DNA of 64,000 nucleotides from a virus. The position numbers were made by a program, and so were the translations under genes. Each line of letters opens with the position of its first letter. Position 1 is the stretch's first letter. The DNA lies in the IMG/VR virus record IMGVR_UViG_3300026484_000295, positions 96,001 through 160,000 of that record; one strand, given 5' to 3'. The notes beneath the pieces are model-generated. The model did not search any database. It worked only from the letters and a program-made list of their open reading frames with translations, and had not been told where the DNA came from. This document shows, piece by piece, positions 48,996-57,867 of this stretch.

Positions 48996-51239
48996 ATGAT
49001 GGCTCAACCTTTGATGATTCAATCAATAGTGACTGATAATAGAATAACTGCAAAATTTTCTGATAATGAATTGCCTAAATATGCAAGGCACGGTGAATTA
49101 TATGTTGTCAATGGTGTATTATATATTTATGTTGATTTAGATAATACTGGTTCAGATATAGGTCAATGGTTTCCTATGACGTATGAAAAAGAAATTGTTA
49201 TGTATGTTGAAGTTGAAGAAAAGAATATATGGTCATTTCCTATATCATTTTATACTCATAATATACATGTTATTGTATATGATCAAAATGATAGAGTGTA
49301 CACATCCAATTTTAACTATACTATTGAACATGGTATAATGACTTTATCTTTTAATGAATCAATATCAGGGAAAGTCTATATTATTATGGATAAAGGTTTT
49401 GATTGGGTTGATTCGTCATTAATCGTTTCTGATAGAAAATTTGCTATAACTTCAGATGAAAATAATTTTTATTATATTGAAGTAGATACTGAAAATTTAT
49501 CTATTGATAAAAATGGTAAAATTATTATTAAAAACGATTTATCTGTAAATGGTAATTTAGATATTAATGGTGACATAAATATTACTGGTGATTTAAAAAT
49601 AATGGGTGAAAATGTTGAAATAGAATCTTCAACATTAACAGTCTCAGATAATGTAATAACGTTAAATAACGGTTTTGTAGGTTCACCGTTTCAAAATACC
49701 GGTATAGAAATCGATCGTGGAAGTTTGGGTAAATTAAATATTCTAACTTTTAATGAAACGATGGATTATGTTGAAATTCCAGTTATAGATAGTGATGATG
49801 TTATTAATCAAGAAGAAGTAGCTACCAAGCCATTTGTAAATAATTCAATATCAGATGAAACTAATAGAGCAACAGCTGCTGAATCTACTTTACAAACAAA
49901 TATAGATAATGAAGTTACTAGAGCTCAAGCTGCTGAAACTACATTACAAACAAATATAGATAATGAAGTAAACAGAGCAACAACTGCTGAATCTACTTTA
50001 CAAAGTAATATTGATAATGAAGTTACTAGAGCTCAAGCTGCTGAAACTACATTACAAACAAATATAGATAATGAAGTAAACAGAGCAACAACTGCTGAAA
50101 CTACATTACAAACAAATATAGATAATGAAGTAAACAGAGCAATTATAGTAGAAGGTGATATTAATAAATTACAAACTAACTCTAAATTAAATTTGGTTTC
50201 TGCTATAAATGAAAATGTTGAAAGTATTAATGTTGAAAAAGAACGCATTGATTCAATCTTATCGGCTAGTGATGCTGACAAAGATTCATTTGCAGAGATA
50301 GTGTCATTGATAAATTCGGTTGATATTGAAAATGATGATGTTTTCGCTAATTATGTTTTGGTTAATGATGAACGTAGTGATAATATTGAACAGTCAATAT
50401 CAGATGAAACTAATAGAGCAACAACTGCTGAAACTACATTACAATCAAATATAGATAATGAAACTAATAGAGCTCAATTAGTGGAAGCTGATTTAAATAG
50501 TGGGATTTCTACATTAACAACAAATATAGAAACAAATTTTCTCAATAAAACAACATCGGCTGAACAGATTATAAATCCTAATTTAAAATTAGATGGTTCA
50601 ATACTAACATGGTCCTTATCAACAGAATGGTTTTATTATTCTCTAAATGAAAATCTGACTACTATCGATATTATTAGTAGTACAAATATAAATGAATATA
50701 TTTATACTATGGATACTATTGAGACTATTAAATTTAATAAAAATGGTCAAATATGGTCGGTATTGTACGGTAATTTAGAAGAATATTTCTTAGGTATTAA
50801 TAGTCAATCTAAAGATAGTTTATTACTAAATGGTTTAAATGAAACACAATTTGTACGAACCGATATAGACACTACTATGAATGAAAATTACCATATATTG
50901 AAAGATTTAACCGTAGATGGTACACTTACAGCAGGAACAATAATTGAAACATCTTCTATTAAATATAAAGAAAATGTAAAATTGATAGAAACACCATTAG
51001 AAATTGTATCTAAATTAGATGGAGTTCGATATACATGGAAAGATACAAAAAAAGATGATATTGGATTTATTGCTGAAGATGTTAATTTAGTACTTCCCGA
51101 ATTAGTTCTAATTGATAATGGTGAAATTGAAGGAATGAATTATTCAAAAATAACTGCTGTTTTAGTTGAAGCTATAAAAGAACAACAAAAACAAATTATA
51201 GAATTGATGAATGAGGTAAAAAAATTAAAAGGAGAATAA
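48996..51239 (+). CDS. Tail fibre with 18-aa coiled-coil repeats and C-terminal intramolecular chaperone (peptidase S74)
   Basis: ETSS..YKENV..I...L..V..L.GV.Y.WK....IGFIAEDV..VLPELV....MNYSK.TAVLVEAIKEQQ. Confidence 0.85.
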   Translation: MMAQPLMIQSIVTDNRITAKFSDNELPKYARHGELYVVNGVLYIYVDLDNTGSDIGQWFPMTYEKEIVMYVEVEEKNIWSFPISFYTHNIHVIVYDQNDRVYTSNFNYTIEHGIMTLSFNESISGKVYIIMDKGFDWVDSSLIVSDRKFAITSDENNFYYIEVDTENLSIDKNGKIIIKNDLSVNGNLDINGDINITGDLKIMGENVEIESSTLTVSDNVITLNNGFVGSPFQNTGIEIDRGSLGKLNILTFNETMDYVEIPVIDSDDVINQEEVATKPFVNNSISDETNRATAAESTLQTNIDNEVTRAQAAETTLQTNIDNEVNRATTAESTLQSNIDNEVTRAQAAETTLQTNIDNEVNRATTAETTLQTNIDNEVNRAIIVEGDINKLQTNSKLNLVSAINENVESINVEKERIDSILSASDADKDSFAEIVSLINSVDIENDDVFANYVLVNDERSDNIEQSISDETNRATTAETTLQSNIDNETNRAQLVEADLNSGISTLTTNIETNFLNKTTSAEQIINPNLKLDGSILTWSLSTEWFYYSLNENLTTIDIISSTNINEYIYTMDTIETIKFNKNGQIWSVLYGNLEEYFLGINSQSKDSLLLNGLNETQFVRTDIDTTMNENYHILKDLTVDGTLTAGTIIETSSIKYKENVKLIETPLEIVSKLDGVRYTWKDTKKDDIGFIAEDVNLVLPELVLIDNGEIEGMNYSKITAVLVEAIKEQQKQIIELMNEVKKLKGE
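49845..50477 (+). repeat. 54-bp (18-aa) repeats E(T/V)(N/T)RA..AE.TLQ.NIDN
   Basis: About 5.5 tandem copies at 49845-50141 and about 1.5 more at 50395-50477. Confidence 0.85.
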
Positions 51240-52250
51240 ATGTTTTCATTACCTATATACCCTGATCTTGAACCGAAGTATATTAGAGAAGAATTTATCC
51301 CTTTTTTAAAAAAACATAAATCATTAATATATGATTTATATTTTACAGTACGTATTCCACCTTTTGAACAAGATGCTATGGGTAGTATATTTAGTGATGA
51401 AGATATACCATCATTAATTTCTAATGCTTTAATTATTCAGAATGAAACAAAAATACCTATTTCAGCTGTATTTAATAATATTTTTATATCTCCATCAGAG
51501 AAAAATTTAGATATATTTATTAAACATTTTACACCATTATATAATTTGGGTGTTAAATCGATAACAATTCCTTTTACCTCATGGCTTATGTTTGGTAAAT
51601 TACAAAAATCTTTTCCTGATTTATATATAAAAAATACAGTTTTGCAAAGTGTATCTGAACCAAGAGAAATTTACAATCTAGCAATAAATGGATTTGATTA
51701 TATTAATTTAGATAGAAATTTATTACGTAATCAAAATAAACTTAAAATTATAGATAAAGCCAGAAAAGCTGCAGAATTAAAATTGGGTAAGACTATTAAA
51801 CTTAGTATTTTATTTAATGAGAACTGTATAGGTAATTGTCCTATACAGAATGAACATTATTTATACAATGTACATAATGATATTAAAACCCAACCAAATA
51901 TTTTTTTTAAATCGTCAATGGGTAAAATTAGTTGTCTTGAATGGGAAAAGAAATCTCCAGAGTTACTATTAAAAAAAGCATCAGTCATAAATGATGAGAA
52001 ATTTATGAACGGTTTAGAAATGATTGATGCATTTAAACTTCATGGTCGTGAATCTAAAAATGTTTTTTTAAATAGCTTAAATATAATTAAATCTACGTAT
52101 GACAAAACCGAAATAATAGATGAGTTATATTATACTCGTATTAAATATAATATAAAAGATATTGAATATCATACATGGATAGAAAAAGTAAAAAATTGTA
52201 ATTTTGATTGTTGGGATTGTACTTATTGTGATGATTTATTTAAAAAATGA
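51240..52250 (+). CDS. U32-family (peptidase U32-like) Fe-S protein
   Basis: GFDYINLDR, L.NE.C...CP...HY, SC..W, FKLHGRE, C-terminal C.FDCWDC..C. Confidence 0.7.
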   Translation: MFSLPIYPDLEPKYIREEFIPFLKKHKSLIYDLYFTVRIPPFEQDAMGSIFSDEDIPSLISNALIIQNETKIPISAVFNNIFISPSEKNLDIFIKHFTPLYNLGVKSITIPFTSWLMFGKLQKSFPDLYIKNTVLQSVSEPREIYNLAINGFDYINLDRNLLRNQNKLKIIDKARKAAELKLGKTIKLSILFNENCIGNCPIQNEHYLYNVHNDIKTQPNIFFKSSMGKISCLEWEKKSPELLLKKASVINDEKFMNGLEMIDAFKLHGRESKNVFLNSLNIIKSTYDKTEIIDELYYTRIKYNIKDIEYHTWIEKVKNCNFDCWDCTYCDDLFKK

Positions 52251-52251
52251 T

Positions 52252-52878
52252 ATGAATGCAGAATTAATCCATACTATCAGTAATAGAAATATACTTCCTA
52301 ATAATATATATCGAATAGAAGGACTAACTAGTTTTAAAACTCAAAATATATTGGCTGAATTAGCAAGAAATAAGGATGTATTAGAAATAGGTAGCTTATA
52401 TGGTGCAACTACTCTAGCATTATCATATTATGCAAAAGAAGTTACGACCATAGATAATTGGTCTGATATTGAAATTTTACCAATAAAAAATAATATTAAA
52501 ATAAAAAAAACTGTAATAAATAAGACATATGATATATTTAAAAATAATATAAAATCTATTGATAATATCAAATTAATTGTTGGTGATATTTTTTCAAAAA
52601 AAATTTGGTCTAAATTAAGATTAAGAAAATTTGAGTTGATATTTTATGATGGTCCTCATAATGTTAAAGATATTATACAGTTTATAAATTTATATTCATT
52701 TTTATTTAAGAAAGATACTATATTGATTTTTGATGATTATAATTTTGATGCTGTTCAAAAGGGAATAAAATATGGATTTGAAACTATAAATATAGAAATA
52801 GAGAAATCGATTAAAATAGAAACTGAAGGTGAAAGTAAATATGAAATATGGAATGGTATTGCGGTTTTTCAATTTTAA
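52252..52878 (+). CDS. Class I SAM-dependent methyltransferase (Methyltransf_24-like)
   Basis: VLEIGSLYGATT, TIDNW, LIFYDGPH, LIFDDY. Start revised to MNAEL. Confidence 0.85.
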   Translation: MNAELIHTISNRNILPNNIYRIEGLTSFKTQNILAELARNKDVLEIGSLYGATTLALSYYAKEVTTIDNWSDIEILPIKNNIKIKKTVINKTYDIFKNNIKSIDNIKLIVGDIFSKKIWSKLRLRKFELIFYDGPHNVKDIIQFINLYSFLFKKDTILIFDDYNFDAVQKGIKYGFETINIEIEKSIKIETEGESKYEIWNGIAVFQF

Positions 52879-52889
52879 AAGGGATATAA

Positions 52890-53960
52890 ATGGCTGATTT
52901 GATAAAAATAGAAACTGTTGATGGTCAAGAAGTAATTGATTCTAATGCTCAAGTTAATTATGATGCAATTTCTAATATTCCTCCAGCTTTAGTTGATACT
53001 AGTACTCATAATCATGATAATGAATATATGAGTAAAAATACTATTGAAGATGAATTTACTCGTATAATGAATAAAGTAGCATCTCTAACAAAGGCATTAA
53101 CTATTAGACCATTAAAAACAAAAGGTTTTTTAAACGGTGGTTATAAAAGTGGATATGTTTATGCACAAAGAGTTCAACGTTTTAATACTGTTACTGAAAC
53201 TGGAGTTGAAATCGGACAAATAGGTACAGTTGCATCGTATTATACACCTGGAGCTTCATCGGAATTGAAAGGTTATTATTTTGGTGATGCCAATAGTAGT
53301 ACAAAGGGTGGAGATCATACTAGAACAGGGAGAGATTTAGATAAAATTACATATTTAACAGAGGTAGAAGAATATTTAGGAAATATTACGTTGCATAATA
53401 CAAAATCAACAATCTATAATATCTATTCACAGTCTAAAATATTTTTATCAAATGCTGATGCAGGTTGGTCTAAGTTATCTGTTCTGACTGATACTATTGA
53501 TAGTGTATCGTCTACACTTAATGGGTATGGTATGGGAAGACAAGGTTTATCTTCAGAAACATTTGGATATGTTGTTCAAGCTGGTAATTATGAAAGAACT
53601 TCATTAAAATTTGATTATTTAACAAATGTAACAGATACTGGTACTACACAGCAGATTAGACAGCACCCTGCTGGACTTTCAAAAGATAAAGATAAAGGTT
53701 ATTGGATAGATTATGGAACTGCTAATAATTGGCGAGTAGATATGTTGAATAATACTGTATCTAATATCGTCTGTTTTACAGAAGGTTTCGGTGAAAGTAA
53801 TGCGTTAGGGTCTGAGAAAGAAGGGTTTATGATGGGTGGCTATGATGGTGCACAGCATGGGAAAGTTCAAAAAATGGTATGGGAAACAGAGACTGCTAGT
53901 AATGTATTGGGTGGATCATTAGCAATACCACAATCATCAGCTGGAATGGCAGAATCATAA
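52890..53960 (+). CDS. Putative fibre-associated beta-propeller protein with N-terminal HxHD module
   Basis: N-terminal I.NIP....THNHD..Y; about six repeats of about 40 aa (S....KGY..G...........Y.T(E/D)T). Confidence 0.55.
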   Translation: MADLIKIETVDGQEVIDSNAQVNYDAISNIPPALVDTSTHNHDNEYMSKNTIEDEFTRIMNKVASLTKALTIRPLKTKGFLNGGYKSGYVYAQRVQRFNTVTETGVEIGQIGTVASYYTPGASSELKGYYFGDANSSTKGGDHTRTGRDLDKITYLTEVEEYLGNITLHNTKSTIYNIYSQSKIFLSNADAGWSKLSVLTDTIDSVSSTLNGYGMGRQGLSSETFGYVVQAGNYERTSLKFDYLTNVTDTGTTQQIRQHPAGLSKDKDKGYWIDYGTANNWRVDMLNNTVSNIVCFTEGFGESNALGSEKEGFMMGGYDGAQHGKVQKMVWETETASNVLGGSLAIPQSSAGMAES

Positions 53961-53971
53961 GGTAATAAACA

Positions 53972-54958
53972 ATGGCAAAATTAAACCGACTTAAAGTAGA
54001 TAATAATAATATATTTGATACTGATAACAGGATAGATTGGACAAGATTTAAAAATATACCATCAACTTTAGTAAGTGCTTCCGGACATAATCATGATGAT
54101 TTATATTACAAATCGTCGATAGTTAATGATAAATTTAAATTGGAAGAGGATAAGCTTGATTTGCTTGAAAAACGTATTGAAGTATTATCCTATAAAACAG
54201 ATATAATGATGGCAGGTGGACTATTAAATAACACTAAAATACATAATTATAATTTTTCAACTGAAGTAACTAGTGAGATTTCAACAAATACTAATATGAT
54301 AAGTATTAATGCTCCTGGTATTTCGTCAAAAGAATTTGGTTATTTTACTAATACAGATAGAATAATTGATAAATTTTATCACTTTACATTAACAATTGAA
54401 TCGGTTCAACAATCAAATATTGAACCAAAAGCATCATTAATAGATTTTGCTGTTCAAAGCTTAGGTTTTATTACGGATGGTATTGGTTGGAATAAACTCA
54501 ATCAATTATTAGATATATGGGAAACTAAAAGTGATAATCCGGTTGATGTATCTGGACGACCATTTTTATCATCTAGTGTTATTGGGTATTGTAAGGGGTC
54601 AGACTTAGGTATGGTAAAAGAATTAACATATACAACAGAAGTATTAAAAGAATTATCAGAGATAAGAACAATCGGAATAACAACAGGCCTAAATAAAAGT
54701 TCAAATTTAGGTTATTGGATTTCAAAAATAAATGGTAATTATGAGCATAATTATCTAACAGAAAGCTTTAGATCAATAAATATTTTTATAGATGATATGG
54801 ATAATTCATCAACATCAACAACTGAATTTTTTGGTATGATTGTAGCAGGAGGAATAGATGGTGATTTAACTAATAAATTGATGTGGTCTACTCTTTCAAT
54901 TACACAATCTGTATCTCTTTCTTTAAATAAGAGTGGAGCCAGTTCAATAGAACTATAA
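53972..54958 (+). CDS. Paralogous beta-propeller protein with N-terminal HxHD module
   Basis: W....NIP....GHNHDD.YY; same repeat architecture as the upstream gene. Confidence 0.55.
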   Translation: MAKLNRLKVDNNNIFDTDNRIDWTRFKNIPSTLVSASGHNHDDLYYKSSIVNDKFKLEEDKLDLLEKRIEVLSYKTDIMMAGGLLNNTKIHNYNFSTEVTSEISTNTNMISINAPGISSKEFGYFTNTDRIIDKFYHFTLTIESVQQSNIEPKASLIDFAVQSLGFITDGIGWNKLNQLLDIWETKSDNPVDVSGRPFLSSSVIGYCKGSDLGMVKELTYTTEVLKELSEIRTIGITTGLNKSSNLGYWISKINGNYEHNYLTESFRSINIFIDDMDNSSTSTTEFFGMIVAGGIDGDLTNKLMWSTLSITQSVSLSLNKSGASSIEL

Positions 54959-54975
54959 CAAAACCGGAGAATATA

Positions 54976-55197
54976 ATGGATATATTAAAACTAGAAATTA
55001 ATAAACAAATAATATTAGATGAAGCGAATAAAATTGATTGGGGTAAAGTAAAAAATACACCTTTAATAAATATTACTAGTAATGCTCATACTCACGATGA
55101 TAGATACTATCGCCAAAGTGATGTTGATAGTAGAATAAATTCACTAAGTCTAGCTATAGCAGATTTAGAAGAAAAAGTAAATAACTTAGGAGTATAA
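54976..55197 (+). CDS. Short protein consisting of the HxHD module and a coiled coil only
   Basis: IDWGKVKNTP....AHTHDDRYY....D; GGAG RBS. Confidence 0.6.
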   Translation: MDILKLEINKQIILDEANKIDWGKVKNTPLINITSNAHTHDDRYYRQSDVDSRINSLSLAIADLEEKVNNLGV

Positions 55198-55199
55198 AA

Positions 55200-55886
55200 A
55201 TGACAATACCAGAAATAGATTATCCAATAATTAACAAAGTTAAAGATAAAAAAATTGTAATATATACAGCTAATAATGTAGGTGAATTTCCACATAATTT
55301 CACCAAATCATTTATCCCTAGTAGTATCCCTATAAAATTAGACTGGTACGTAGGATACACAAATATTATATTGGAAGATTTTAATATGATAGAAATATCA
55401 TTAGATATTGCTAAGGGTTTACAAACATTTAATATTATTAATCATTCAAAAAAAAGATATGATCAATATAATAGACCAAACCCAAACAATGAAAAAAAAG
55501 AAATAATTATGACTGATGATGAGTTATATTTACAAGTGAAAGCTAAAAAATTTCTAATAGAGAAAGAAATTATCCGTATGTTTGATAAAAAAATTGATAA
55601 TTTATATAAACAATATGGTCGAGAATCTGATTCATGGGATATACAATACTCAGAAGCTATTGAGTATAAAAATGGGGATATGGATACACCTTTTATAGAT
55701 ATTTTATCTTCAGAACGAAATATTAGTAAAGAAATATTAATTGAAAAAATTATTACTAAAAATAAAGAATTTAAACAAATTTTTGCTAAAATTATTGCTG
55801 AAAAACAGATACTTGAAGATAGATTAAAAATTATGGATACAGATATATTATTGAATTTATTTATTGATGAAAATATTGTAAAATAA
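55200..55886 (+). CDS. Putative tail fibre assembly-type protein
   Basis: C-terminal E..SW..Q..EA......TPF...L...R......L..KI pattern seen in fibre-adjacent phage proteins. Confidence 0.5.
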   Translation: MTIPEIDYPIINKVKDKKIVIYTANNVGEFPHNFTKSFIPSSIPIKLDWYVGYTNIILEDFNMIEISLDIAKGLQTFNIINHSKKRYDQYNRPNPNNEKKEIIMTDDELYLQVKAKKFLIEKEIIRMFDKKIDNLYKQYGRESDSWDIQYSEAIEYKNGDMDTPFIDILSSERNISKEILIEKIITKNKEFKQIFAKIIAEKQILEDRLKIMDTDILLNLFIDENIVK

Positions 55887-55909
55887 TTTAAAAATTGTGA
55901 GGTGTATCT

Positions 55910-56593
55910 ATGTCTAAATATCAAAATGAAATCAAAGAACTTATTGATATGCAACCTACAACAATGTCTAAATATCAAATTGATAATTTTGTTATTAATG
56001 AAAAAATGACAGACTATAAGATTCTAAAACAAATATTATTAGAATTAGGAACTCGATATAATGCGTATGAAGATATACTAATAGATTATGAAATTTTAGA
56101 ATTAGAAATAAAAAAATCTGAAGAAGAATACAATAAAATTAAAACTGATATAACTAAAAAAATTAAAAAATTAGAAATTCAGAAACAAAAAAATAATTTA
56201 AAACGTATGAAGAAAACTATAAAAAATCATGAATATGAAATTGCTATTTTTGAGGAAAATTATAAAAAAATTAAAGATAACTATGAATCGCCAAAATTAC
56301 TTTTACAAGATGAAACTGGGGAAGAAATATATTGGGTTAATAAATTTATAAAAGAAGCCCAGATTGATATAATGACTAATGGACGTATTGGTAAAGGTGT
56401 TTTAGATGCTATTCTTATGCTTCCAGAAAGATTACAAGAAATAATAGTGAATAATGCAGTTGCTCAAGCTGCTAATTCCAATTCATATATAGGATTTAAT
56501 GAAGCGGAAATTATTGAATCTATTAAATCATCTAAAAAGGTTTCATTGATGTTGAATACATTAATAGGTGAGAAAAAAGATGAGGTAGACTAA
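55910..56593 (+). CDS. Coiled-coil phage protein of the fibre-associated cassette
   Basis: MSKYQ...FV......Y....Q.LLEL..R, central coiled coil, E..YW......A..D....GRIG.G. Confidence 0.55.
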   Translation: MSKYQNEIKELIDMQPTTMSKYQIDNFVINEKMTDYKILKQILLELGTRYNAYEDILIDYEILELEIKKSEEEYNKIKTDITKKIKKLEIQKQKNNLKRMKKTIKNHEYEIAIFEENYKKIKDNYESPKLLLQDETGEEIYWVNKFIKEAQIDIMTNGRIGKGVLDAILMLPERLQEIIVNNAVAQAANSNSYIGFNEAEIIESIKSSKKVSLMLNTLIGEKKDEVD

Positions 56594-57339
56594 TGGGTTT
56601 CGATTTTAATAATTCATCTGGAGAATCATTTGGTAATATAGAAGATGTTTTTTTTAAAAAAGATGGGAAACCCATTATAGATTCCACAATTGGTAATAGT
56701 TCAGAAAAGGTTAATTTGAATGAATTAAAACAATCTATCCATGAAAAAAGTGTACAAAGTACTAATAATACTTCTGGAACAACAATAACAATATCTAAAG
56801 AAATATTAGATTTAGATGAAGATAAAATTGTTAAACTAACCTCGTTAGAAGAACGTAGAATGAATATTTCATCAGTACGTAATAAATCATTTATCAATAT
56901 AAATGATGGATCAGAAATTACTATTGTTGAAAAAACACAAATGTATAATGGTGTAAATTTATATACTGCTAAACAAGAAAATGGAGAAATGATAACATAC
57001 CCTCGTAGTATGTTTGTTGGTTCTACAAAACAATTTGTACCAAAAGAATTTTATATTCGAGAGGCTGAAAGAGTTTTGGAGGATACAATAATAAAACAAT
57101 ATAATAATATTAAAGCTTTGATAGAAAAACAAGAATTATTAGAAGAAACACCTGATAGCAAATATTTAGAATTAATGTTACCAGAGCCATTATCAATAGG
57201 TTCTATGGTTGTCCCTGATAAAGTTCAAATCCCCGTTAAAAGGATATTTGATATGGAATATAAAATAATGTTTTTGGAGAACGTTATTTGTTTAGATAAT
57301 AAAATAGCATCATTGTTATTTATTGATATTTGGTTCTAA
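56593..57339 (+). CDS. Hypothetical protein
   Basis: 248-aa ORF, TAATG-coupled, GAGG RBS. Confidence 0.65.
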   Translation: MGFDFNNSSGESFGNIEDVFFKKDGKPIIDSTIGNSSEKVNLNELKQSIHEKSVQSTNNTSGTTITISKEILDLDEDKIVKLTSLEERRMNISSVRNKSFININDGSEITIVEKTQMYNGVNLYTAKQENGEMITYPRSMFVGSTKQFVPKEFYIREAERVLEDTIIKQYNNIKALIEKQELLEETPDSKYLELMLPEPLSIGSMVVPDKVQIPVKRIFDMEYKIMFLENVICLDNKIASLLFIDIWF

Positions 57340-57531
57340 ATTATTATTAATTAAATAGTTTGTTAGATCACGTATGAATACGGAATTATTTGATGTGATA
57401 GGTATATCTCTAGGCAAAGTTTCTTTATCTAAAAAAACCAAAACATCAGATATTTCAAAATGGTCTGTTTTTTTAATAGAGAATAATTTTCTATTCATTT
57501 CGATTTTTCTTAATTCTAATTGATCTAACAT
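57316..57531 (-). CDS. Small hypothetical protein
   Basis: Start revised to MLDQLEL (AGGGA RBS), directly after 57542..57787. Confidence 0.45.
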   Translation of the reverse strand: MLDQLELRKIEMNRKLFSIKKTDHFEISDVLVFLDKETLPRDIPITSNNSVFIRDLTNYLINNNLEPNINK

Positions 57532-57541
57532 AAAAAATTCC

Positions 57542-57787
57542 CTACATACTTTTAAAATTGAATGAAAAAGATAAATCATCACTTTCTGTATTTTTTTCAT
57601 CTTTTAATTCTGATTCAATTAGTTTTTTAATTTTCTCAGCTCTCATTTTTTTAACAATAGTTTCATTTATTTTTGCTAATGTTTCTTCACTATAATTTGC
57701 AGTAGGTATATTTGGATTTTCATCAAAACTCATACTTATCACTTCATCATTTACGCTATCGAATGGTATTTTTTTTAATTCTGCCAT
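57542..57787 (-). CDS. Small hypothetical late protein
   Basis: AAGGAG RBS; TATAAATA at 57812. Confidence 0.6.
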   Translation of the reverse strand: MAELKKIPFDSVNDEVISMSFDENPNIPTANYSEETLAKINETIVKKMRAEKIKKLIESELKDEKNTESDDLSFSFNFKSM

Positions 57788-57867
57788 TTTTAACTCCTTC
57801 TATTTTAATAGTATTTATATCAAAAAAATGTAAAATAACTAAAAATATAATATAAGGATAAAAAATA

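Noticed and set aside
48996-55197. Diversity-generating retroelement or invertase-driven fibre switching
   Set aside because: No reverse transcriptase, recombinase, template/variable repeat pair or flanking inverted sites seen in the window.
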